DNA from: Gammaproteobacteria bacterium | GTDB taxonomy: Bacteria > Pseudomonadota > Gammaproteobacteria > CBDBNL01 > JAAOII01 | DNA: 64,000 bases | Assembly: GCA_965209035.1 (NCBI GenBank) | Contig: OZ242372.1 | Coordinates: forward strand, 96,001-160,000 | Reading direction: 5' to 3' | Shown: positions 1 through 7,831 of the stretch, piece after piece | Layout: each line of letters begins with the position of its first letter | How positions within the stretch are numbered: position 1 is the first letter of the stretch | Notes under the pieces: generated by a model | Seen by the model: only the letters and a program-made list of their open reading frames with translations | Databases searched by the model: none | Told to the model about the DNA's origin: nothing | Position numbers and translations under genes: made by a program

Positions 1-1058
1 AAACTATCCGCGCTATCTTTTATCAAAGTTCTTTCAATGAGTTTCAATTTTGCCGTATCGGGGGTTTCCGGCGAACCCAACGCGGATATTTCCGAGAAGT
101 CATCGCAAAAGTAGAGTTCAAATGCATCCGCCAACGGACGAAAATGCTCTTGGTTATAAGGCTTCCAAAGATTAGACGCTATATATAACTGACTGCCTTT
201 CGGGAATATTTCTAATAAGCGTTGCTTCAGATCTTCGGCGGATAAAAAATGCCGTATCATTTTCAATGTATTCTTATGATTCGGATGCGAGAGATAGCCA
301 TTAACATATTTCTTTAGAAGGTCTGTGTCAAACGGGCCGTATCGATCCCAAGGAAATCTGCACATTAAAAAGAAAAAACAATAATTTCCGCCAAGTTTGG
401 CAGACACCTTCCGGGCGGTCTTCTCCACTTGATCGGATAATTTAAAATTGACCTTCGTTGTCCGGTAGAAATGTTTAAACGGATGATCTTCCGGCATTCC
501 TCCCACATTAAGACCGGCATTATACCTACGATCCAAATATCGAATGATGATCGTGTTTTGATGGCTTTTTGGGGGAATACGGGGCTTTCTTGGATTGAAT
601 ACACAAACACGATAACGCCCCCGCAATTGTGACAGGTCATTGAGAAGAATATAATTTAACCTTTGCCTTTCCCTTCCTCCTTTTGCCGTTGTCAGATAAG
701 ACTTTGACAGATTGTAGTATTCATCGACAGATCGGTTGATCTCTTTACCAAAATTGTGAACGGGTGATGTCCTGATTGGGAAAATGATCGGAGTTGCTTT
801 TACATAAAGTGCCTCTTTCAACAGGCTCGTAAGATTGTTAGTAATATGATCTATACCCCCCGTAAAAATCATATCCTGCATTAATGCGGATGAGTATTTT
901 CCGGGATATCTCAGTCTCCAAAAATTTAATCTTCTGAGTATTCTTAGACGAACGGATTGGATAAGGCACTTCGGATTTCCTTTAATAACCAGTTCAAAAA
1001 TACTCCTCTTGTAACTTGGAGGGCGAACTACATAGCAAAAATATCGGTTTGATTTCAT
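1..1058 (-). CDS. O-fucosyltransferase-like (GT-B) protein, 3' end runs off the window
   Basis: Not in the ORF track. Hand translation gives an open frame from ATG 1058 to the window edge (>=352 codons): MKSNRYFCYVVRP...GGIDHITNNLTSLLKEALYVKATPIIFP...LLEIFPKGSQLYIASN...FRPLADAFELYFCDDF...KLIERTL. The motif pattern resembles GDP-fucose protein O-fucosyltransferase family proteins, by eye only. Confidence 0.5.
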   Translation of the reverse strand, partial: MKSNRYFCYVVRPPSYKRSIFELVIKGNPKCLIQSVRLRILRRLNFWRLRYPGKYSSALMQDMIFTGGIDHITNNLTSLLKEALYVKATPIIFPIRTSPVHNFGKEINRSVDEYYNLSKSYLTTAKGGRERQRLNYILLNDLSQLRGRYRVCVFNPRKPRIPPKSHQNTIIIRYLDRRYNAGLNVGGMPEDHPFKHFYRTTKVNFKLSDQVEKTARKVSAKLGGNYCFFFLMCRFPWDRYGPFDTDLLKKYVNGYLSHPNHKNTLKMIRHFLSAEDLKQRLLEIFPKGSQLYIASNLWKPYNQEHFRPLADAFELYFCDDFSEISALGSPETPDTAKLKLIERTLIKDSADS

Positions 1059-1124
1059 ATTGATATGATACCGGGACTTAGGCATCTTACCTTATTACAT
1101 AAAATCTTGTCCATCCTTGTATAA
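956..1124 (+). repeat. 169-bp target-site duplication, left copy (IS1634 copy 1)
   Basis: attggataag...cttgtataa matches 3111-3279 and abuts the IS left IR. Confidence 0.95.
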
Positions 1125-3110
1125 CTTGACTTCGGAAAGAAATTATTATATTTTTAAAAAACCTTGTATTTTCAAGGTTTTTTTAGGATCTTTAATAGTG
1201 TATAATTAAAAGCATAATATGTATATTCGCGAATTCACTCGAAAAAACGGGCAGGTTCTGTCCGTGGTTTTTTCTTTTTATCGGTCCAAGCACAAGCAGC
1301 CGAACAATATGACTCTGTATACCAGCCAACCGGTGGAAGCCGACAGTGCGGAATATGCGGTGGTGCGGGCCGAGATGGAGCAACGCTGCCGCCGCTTGGA
1401 GAAGGAATTAAGACAAAGCACCTCACTGAATGCGTTTTTAACAAAACATCAAAAGGTGGTGGGCTGTGGTCGTGGCCATGCTATCCGGCGCAACGACCGG
1501 GTGGATGACGATGGACCGGGGGCACTTTCGGCCTTAAGAACTTTAGGTGCGCGCAGTTACGGTCTGCCCTATGTCATGGAGAAATTATTTGCGTCCATGG
1601 GCTTGGATACGTTGGTGGCACCGCGGCGCCAACGGCTGAATGCCTGTTTGCGGGTGCTCAGTTGGGGGCGGCTGACGGCCGAGCGGATTAGTAAACGGCA
1701 ATTGTCGCAGCTGTTGGAAGAAGAATATGGGATCCACTGGTCTGAGGACAGCATGTACAAAGCGATGGATCATTTGGATGATGCCGAGATTGAGCGCATT
1801 CAGATGCGGGTGGCACGTTCCAATTTGGCATTACTTAACCAAAAGACGGTGCAGCTGTTGCTGTATGACACGACGACCTTTTATTTTGAATCGGTGCAGG
1901 CGGATGACTTCCGCTGCAGAGGTTGGTCCAAAGACGGCAAAGCCCATCGGACGCAGGTGGTCTTTGGGATGTGGATGACGCCTTGTGGCTTGCCGTTGGG
2001 CTACAAACTATTTACCGGTAAGACCGCGGATGTGTCGACCTTGTTGCCGGCTTTGGACGAGATGCAGCGGCGGCTGGGGGCCCAAAAGACGGTGGTGATT
2101 GCTGACAACGGCCTCCTCAGTGAAGACAACTTGGCGGCGATTACGGCGGCCGGGCATGCGTTTGTCATGGCCTGTTCGCCACGCAAGTTACCCAAAGAGA
2201 TCCGCACGGCGGTCTACAACTATGATTTTGAAGGCGGGGCCCGCATCTTTGAGATCGGCTTGCTACCACCCGCGCGCACCCAACTTGCCGACAACGACCG
2301 CCCTCTGGTGGCACGCAATTATTATGCCAACTTCTCCTCCAAGCGCGCCCGCCGCGATCTCCATCAGCTGCATCTGGCCTTGAAGCGGGCCAAAAACAGT
2401 ACCGGCCGCAACCACCAAGCTCTGCGGGGGATTGCCTGTCCCGATATCCGTAAGTTCTTATCCAACAACGGCATCACCACACTGAACCCCACAGCCATCA
2501 ACCGGGCGATGCAAGAAATCGGTCTCTATGGCGTGCAGGCCTCGCCCAATATTGACTACCAAACCGCCTACACTTACTACAAACAACTGTATGCCATTGA
2601 ACACGGCTTCCGGGATCTTAAAAGTGATCTGCAAATCCGCCCGACCTTCCATTGGAAACCCGAGCGCATCCGCGCCCATTTCGCCCTCTGCTATCTGGCG
2701 TTTGCCGCCATCCGCCGCTTGCGGTATGTCCTCCGCCAACAAAAGCCCGCACCCACCACCGTGTGGACCACCGAAATGCTGCCGTTCACCGATCTAGATG
2801 CCCGACCGCAGCCGCCGCAAAAAAACAAGACCGAGGAAATCGTCACCACCAAGAAGATCCTCAAAGAACTGCGCAACTTCAAAGCAACTATCCAACGCAA
2901 TCCCGTTGGCAACTATTACAGCAGCCCACACCAACTCACCCCGGGACAGCAACGCATTTTACAAGCCGTTCAACTAAAACCCAAACAACCTGCTCTGTTG
3001 GATCACAAACACTAAGCGCAAGAAGCAAAGTCGCAAGGGCTCATAGTGTATAAAAACGGCCCGCAAACCCTTATAAAAACAGGGTTTTTTAAGAAGTTTC
3101 CGAAGTCAAG
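1125..3110 (+). mobile_element. IS1634-family insertion sequence, copy 1 (1986 bp)
   Basis: 14-bp terminal IRs CTTGACTTCGGAAA (1125-1138) / TTTCCGAAGTCAAG (3097-3110); single DDE transposase; long flanking direct repeat; second copy at 43400-45385. Confidence 0.93.
1219..3015 (+). CDS. IS1634-family DDE transposase
   Basis: 598 aa; LLYDTTTFYF, GWSKDGK, VIADNG and AIEHGFRDLK..RPTFHWKPERIRAHF motifs. Confidence 0.92.
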   Translation: MYIREFTRKNGQVLSVVFSFYRSKHKQPNNMTLYTSQPVEADSAEYAVVRAEMEQRCRRLEKELRQSTSLNAFLTKHQKVVGCGRGHAIRRNDRVDDDGPGALSALRTLGARSYGLPYVMEKLFASMGLDTLVAPRRQRLNACLRVLSWGRLTAERISKRQLSQLLEEEYGIHWSEDSMYKAMDHLDDAEIERIQMRVARSNLALLNQKTVQLLLYDTTTFYFESVQADDFRCRGWSKDGKAHRTQVVFGMWMTPCGLPLGYKLFTGKTADVSTLLPALDEMQRRLGAQKTVVIADNGLLSEDNLAAITAAGHAFVMACSPRKLPKEIRTAVYNYDFEGGARIFEIGLLPPARTQLADNDRPLVARNYYANFSSKRARRDLHQLHLALKRAKNSTGRNHQALRGIACPDIRKFLSNNGITTLNPTAINRAMQEIGLYGVQASPNIDYQTAYTYYKQLYAIEHGFRDLKSDLQIRPTFHWKPERIRAHFALCYLAFAAIRRLRYVLRQQKPAPTTVWTTEMLPFTDLDARPQPPQKNKTEEIVTTKKILKELRNFKATIQRNPVGNYYSSPHQLTPGQQRILQAVQLKPKQPALLDHKH

Positions 3111-3279
3111 ATTGGATAAGGCACTTCGGATTTCCTTTAATAACCAGTTCAAAAATACTCCTCTTGTAACTTGGAGGGCGAACTACATAGCAAAAATATC
3201 GGTTTGATTTCATATTGATATGATACCGGGACTTAGGCATCTTACCTTATTACATAAAATCTTGTCCATCCTTGTATAA
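3111..3279 (+). repeat. 169-bp target-site duplication, right copy; carries a duplicated 5' fragment of the fucosyltransferase-like gene
   Basis: Matches 956-1124. The duplicated ATG at 3213 (- strand) reads 35 codons and stops at a TGA inside the IS right IR. Confidence 0.95.
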
Positions 3280-3386
3280 TCCTACCCTTCCTGTCCTTCC
3301 CGATCTTACCGCTCTTATTGCCTCTTTCTTGTTGTCAGCCGAAGCACGGGGATAACACCGGAAAAATGCAATTCCACGGTTGCCAC

Positions 3387-4823
3387 TCAATCTTGCCAAA
3401 TGAACCGGTTGACCAGGTTTTCCAGGGCTTCCTGATGACCGGATTTTGGGGCAGGCTGCTCGTCTTTTGTAAGAACTCTTTGACTGATTTCTTCCAAAGT
3501 GGAATCCTGTTTCAGCATCCGCAAATTCTCCGGCAGATCCCAACCGGCATATCGTTCTCCCGTTTGTTTTGCCGGCATCTTTGCTTCTCGCATCGCAGCG
3601 GCTGCTTTGAATGCCTTGGCACAGGCATCCATACCGCCGATATGGGCAAGCAGCAGATCCGCCGGGTCTGTGGATTGGCGGCGCAACTTCGCATCAAAGT
3701 TGAGGCCGCCCTGCCCCAAACCGCCTTTAACGCTTTCACCGCCAACGCTTTCACCGCCAACGCTTTCACCGCCAACGCTTTCACCGCCTTTAAGTAATTC
3801 GTAAAATGCCAGAGTCAATTCGGGAACATTGTTCGGAAACTGATCCGTATCCCAGCCGGATTGGTAGTCGCCGCGGTTAATGTCCAGCGAGCCGAAAATG
3901 CCCAACGCAATCGCCAGGGCAATCTCGTGTTCAAAGGAATGCCCCGCCATGATGGCATGGTTCTGTTCTATGTTGACACGGACCTCTTTTTCCAACCCAT
4001 AACTTTGTAAAAAGCCATAAACGCCCGCCACATCAAAATCATATTGATGTTTTGTCGGCTCTTGGGGTTTGGGTTCTATAAGGATCTGCCCGCGAAAATT
4101 GATCCGGTGTTTGTGTTCCACCACCATGCATAAAAACCGTCCCAGTTGATGCAGTTCGCGTTTAAGATCGGTATTTAGAAGCGTCTCATAGCCCTCTCGG
4201 CCGCCCCATAACACATAATTCTCTCCGCCCAGGCTGTGGGTGATATCCAAACAGTGTTTAACCTGTGCCGCCGCATAGGCAAAAACCTCCGGGTCGGGGT
4301 TAGTGGCGGCTCCGGCCATATAGCGCGGGTGCGAAAAGAGGTTTGCCGTCCCCCATAGCAACCTAACTCCCGTCTGTTCCATCTTGCGGGAAAAAACCTC
4401 CGCCATCTCGCTAACATTTCTGTTGGATGCGGCAAGGCAGTCACCCTCGGGGGCAATGTCCCGGTCGTGAAAAGTAAAGAACGGCACACGCAACAAACGA
4501 AACAACTCAAACGCAAAATCCGCTTTGCGTTTTGCCTGTTGCATTTGTTGTATTGGTTCTTCGTTTGCCGCCATCCAAGGTCTTTGAAAGGCGGGCATGC
4601 CAAAGGTATCTCGGCCGTCCCAACAAAAAGTGTGCCAATAACAAACGGCGAAACGGAGATGTTCGGCAAGCGGTTTGCCAAGTACAATTTCATCCGGATT
4701 GTAAGCGGTAAATTCGGGCGATTTCCAATCGCCGGCCGGCCCGTCGATGGCAGAGCCGGGACAAAAAGGAACCGGCTCATTGATACCGTAAAAATCTTGC
4801 AAAGAAGTGTCTTTCTTATGCAA
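3387..4823 (-). CDS. xylA: Xylose isomerase (class II)
   Basis: [37 protein letters not shown] and NFDAK motifs. Confidence 0.96.
   Translation of the reverse strand: MHKKDTSLQDFYGINEPVPFCPGSAIDGPAGDWKSPEFTAYNPDEIVLGKPLAEHLRFAVCYWHTFCWDGRDTFGMPAFQRPWMAANEEPIQQMQQAKRKADFAFELFRLLRVPFFTFHDRDIAPEGDCLAASNRNVSEMAEVFSRKMEQTGVRLLWGTANLFSHPRYMAGAATNPDPEVFAYAAAQVKHCLDITHSLGGENYVLWGGREGYETLLNTDLKRELHQLGRFLCMVVEHKHRINFRGQILIEPKPQEPTKHQYDFDVAGVYGFLQSYGLEKEVRVNIEQNHAIMAGHSFEHEIALAIALGIFGSLDINRGDYQSGWDTDQFPNNVPELTLAFYELLKGGESVGGESVGGESVGGESVKGGLGQGGLNFDAKLRRQSTDPADLLLAHIGGMDACAKAFKAAAAMREAKMPAKQTGERYAGWDLPENLRMLKQDSTLEEISQRVLTKDEQPAPKSGHQEALENLVNRFIWQD
3729..3788. repeat. 15-bp tandem repeat x4 (AACGCTTTCACCGCC) in frame within xylA
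   Basis: Four perfect units encoding (GGESV)4. Confidence 0.95.
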
Positions 4824-4843
4824 TATTACTTATCTGTTACTGA

Positions 4844-6298
4844 TCACTGATCACTTAACTTGCCTGCCCTCGCCTGCCCGGCCTCGCTTTGCCGTTGAAT
4901 TACCCGACGGTAAACGAAGGCACTGTCTTTCCATACCCGCCGTTGTTCCTTCTCATAATCGCAATAAATGATACCAAACCTCTTGGAGTAGCCTTTCGCC
5001 CACTCAAAATTGTCGAGCAGAGACCAACAATAATAACCTTCCAGCGGGACGCCGGCGTCTATTGCCTGCCGACATGCTCGCAAATGAGATAGCAGGTAAT
5101 CCGTGCGTTCGGGGTCCGCCACCTTGTCGCCCGAAAGTTTGTCGTCCCAAGCACTGCCGTTTTCTGTGACGAACATTCGCTTCACATCGTAATCTTTGGC
5201 AGTCCGGATCAGCAGGTCTGTCAACCCGTCCGGGTAAACCGGCCAATGCATCGCCGTGTGCGGCAAGTGCTCTCGCTCACACACCCGAGCACGCGTAATC
5301 ACGGCAAGCGGATTTGTGTCGGCGGGAAAGGTCCCCGAACCGGCAAAGGTCTCTTTAATACCGGGCAGTTTGGTATCTTCTGCAAGCCACACCGGAAAAT
5401 AGTAGTTCAATCCGAGAAAATCAATGGGCTGTCGGATGATCTTCAGATCCTGCGCTTCCATCTTCGGCAAGAATTCTCCCAAAAGTTCGGATATTTTTTG
5501 AGGATATTCTCCTTTAAAGAGAGCATCCGTGTAGATTCCGTTATTCAACTCGCCGGATAATTCCGCAACCCGTCGGTCTTCTTTTTTATCGGGGTCATTG
5601 GGATAGAATTGTTGTAAATTTAAAGTGATTCCACTCAATGCTTTTGGCGCCCGACTGCGAATCACTTCCTGTGCCATACCGTGTCCGAGCAGCAAGTGAT
5701 GCACGGCACTCAAAAACATTCGCAGGTTGCGTTTGCCCGGGGCATGCTCCCCCGAAAGATAACCGAGTGTCGCCGAACACCATGGCTCGTTAAGAGTGGC
5801 GACCGAGTGCATTCTATCGCCGATTCTTGCCAAAAGAGTATCCGCGTAATTCACAAAATGCTCCGCTGTGGTTCTGACGGTCCAACCGCCCTCATCTTCC
5901 AATAATTGCGGCAGATCCCAATGATACAGGGTGAGACAAGGTTGAATTCCGGCTTCCAGTAAGGCGTCTGTTAACTTGTCGTAAAAACCCAAACCCGCCG
6001 GGTTCACCTTGCCATAGCCATTCGGATAAATGCGCGGCCAGGCGGCTGAAAAACGATAAGCACCCACCCCCAATTCTTTCATAATGGCAATGTCTTCCGG
6101 GTATCTGTGATAATGATCACAGGCGATATCACCGTTATGCCCTTGAAACACCTTGCCGGGTGTGCGGCTAAATGTGTCCCAAATACTGCAACCGCGCCCG
6201 TCCTCCCGGGCGGCGCCTTCTATTTGGTAAGATGCCGTGGCTGTTCCAAATAAGAAGTTAGGCGGAAAAAGAGGAAGCGGATGTTCTTGCTCTGTCAT
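4844..6298 (-). CDS. GH1 beta-glucosidase
   Basis: FLFGTATASYQIEGA, TLNEP (acid/base), VTENG (nucleophile), DNFEW. ATG 6298 is preferred over the track start at 6349, which overlaps a terminator-like hairpin. Confidence 0.93.
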   Translation of the reverse strand: MTEQEHPLPLFPPNFLFGTATASYQIEGAAREDGRGCSIWDTFSRTPGKVFQGHNGDIACDHYHRYPEDIAIMKELGVGAYRFSAAWPRIYPNGYGKVNPAGLGFYDKLTDALLEAGIQPCLTLYHWDLPQLLEDEGGWTVRTTAEHFVNYADTLLARIGDRMHSVATLNEPWCSATLGYLSGEHAPGKRNLRMFLSAVHHLLLGHGMAQEVIRSRAPKALSGITLNLQQFYPNDPDKKEDRRVAELSGELNNGIYTDALFKGEYPQKISELLGEFLPKMEAQDLKIIRQPIDFLGLNYYFPVWLAEDTKLPGIKETFAGSGTFPADTNPLAVITRARVCEREHLPHTAMHWPVYPDGLTDLLIRTAKDYDVKRMFVTENGSAWDDKLSGDKVADPERTDYLLSHLRACRQAIDAGVPLEGYYCWSLLDNFEWAKGYSKRFGIIYCDYEKEQRRVWKDSAFVYRRVIQRQSEAGQARAGKLSDQ

Positions 6299-6332
6299 AT
6301 ACGGATATATGGCTACCTCAGTGAATACAAAT

Positions 6333-6368
6333 AAAAATGCCGGCAGCAATATGCACTACCGGCATTTT
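6333..6368 (-). terminator. Probable intrinsic terminator or mRNA-stabilising hairpin after the ABC-binding protein gene
   Basis: AAAATGCCGG...CCGGCATTTT stem followed by a T run on the - strand. Confidence 0.65.
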
Positions 6369-6385
6369 CAATGAGTGCGGACGAG

Positions 6386-7669
6386 TTACTTGATCGAGAG
6401 ATTGGGGTATGCATTGGCAACATTTTCCTTAAATGCCTTCAATGCCGCCGCCTTGCTTTTGGCGCCCGTGGCATAGTCGTTGACCGCTTCGGAGATCATC
6501 GCGTTCAATCTTTCGTCATACTTGGTGACCAGATGGGCGATGTCGCGCCGGCCGGCTTCGTTGCTAAAGAACTCATAGTGTCTTTGACCTGCCAAAAAGG
6601 GATCATCCAAACTTGCAAGAGACTTCTGAACCTTCAGGTTAGACAAGAAGTCGCCGGTGCGTTTGGCATACTCTGTCATATACTCGTCATCCAAGGTCAG
6701 CATCTCAATAAACTTAAACGCCAAATCCTTCTTTTTGGATTTTGCATATATGCCAATCCAGGTCCCGCCCCAATAATAGTTCACCGGCGGGCGTGCCAAA
6801 GCATAGTCGCTTTTAATGCCCTCGGCATTGGGTTTTAGCACATAGTGCAGCCCCCATGTCGGCAAGAAATATCCGAACACACTGCCGTCTTTCATTCCGT
6901 TGAACCATGCGGGTTGCCATTGCCGGGCTCTGGCGGTGAGACCCTGATCAAACATTTTCTTGGCAACATCAAAATAGGTGTCTATGGCAGGATCAATATT
7001 CAGTTTTTCACCGACAACCCAACCTTGTTGACGCTGTGCCAAAAACGGATTGGTCAGGTCAAAGTTAGAACCGATCATCTTGACCTTTCCGCCGGAACCT
7101 TGCTTGATCTTGGCGGCCGCGGCATAAAACTTGTCCCAATCGGCAAGCATTGCGCTCACTTTCTCGGGATCATCCGTGCCGAGATACTGCTTGGCAAGAC
7201 TGCGCCGATAATAAAAACCGCCCGGTGTTGCCTGCCAAGAAAGTGCCTTGACCTTGCCTTTGCTGTCCTTGCCAAGATTCCAAACCGCCGGCACAAAGTT
7301 ATTGGCGAGACGATCCACCTTGTATTTGCGGGAAAGATCCAGCCAAAAGGGACCGTCCACAAACTGTTTGACAATGGCGATTTCACCGGTAAAGATATCC
7401 GGCGCGTTACGGCCGGTTGTCAAAACAGGGCGCAGTTTGTTTAAATAGTTTTCCAGGGCAAAGGTTGTGTATTTAACCGTAACGCCCGGGTTGCGTTTTT
7501 CAAAGTCTGCGGCAACGGGTTTTAGTTCGTCGGTAAAAGACCATATCTCGAGGGTCTCGGCTTGCGCTGTCGACCAAGAGAAAAATGCAAAGATTGCGAC
7601 CATGATGCCTGTTTTTTTCAAACCGGGAAGAGTCGCTAAACTTATTTTTGAAGTGTATTTTTTCATCAT
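6386..7669 (-). CDS. Sugar ABC transporter substrate-binding protein (family 1)
   Basis: Signal peptide (AQA|ET), LEIWSF, APDIF, WGGTWIGI; adjacent to GH1 and xylA. No permease genes nearby. Confidence 0.88.
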   Translation of the reverse strand: MMKKYTSKISLATLPGLKKTGIMVAIFAFFSWSTAQAETLEIWSFTDELKPVAADFEKRNPGVTVKYTTFALENYLNKLRPVLTTGRNAPDIFTGEIAIVKQFVDGPFWLDLSRKYKVDRLANNFVPAVWNLGKDSKGKVKALSWQATPGGFYYRRSLAKQYLGTDDPEKVSAMLADWDKFYAAAAKIKQGSGGKVKMIGSNFDLTNPFLAQRQQGWVVGEKLNIDPAIDTYFDVAKKMFDQGLTARARQWQPAWFNGMKDGSVFGYFLPTWGLHYVLKPNAEGIKSDYALARPPVNYYWGGTWIGIYAKSKKKDLAFKFIEMLTLDDEYMTEYAKRTGDFLSNLKVQKSLASLDDPFLAGQRHYEFFSNEAGRRDIAHLVTKYDERLNAMISEAVNDYATGAKSKAAALKAFKENVANAYPNLSIK

Positions 7670-7831
7670 AATGTTATAGTTTTGTAGTTTTGTAGCTTTG
7701 TAGTTTTTTAATTTTATAGTTTTTAGATTAACGGGTTTTCTTTAAGGTCGCCGATGTTAAAAACACCGAAGCGACCGGAACACCCTAATATCTTTAATAT
7801 CTTTTACAAGAATCCCGGCTATTTTTTGTTT

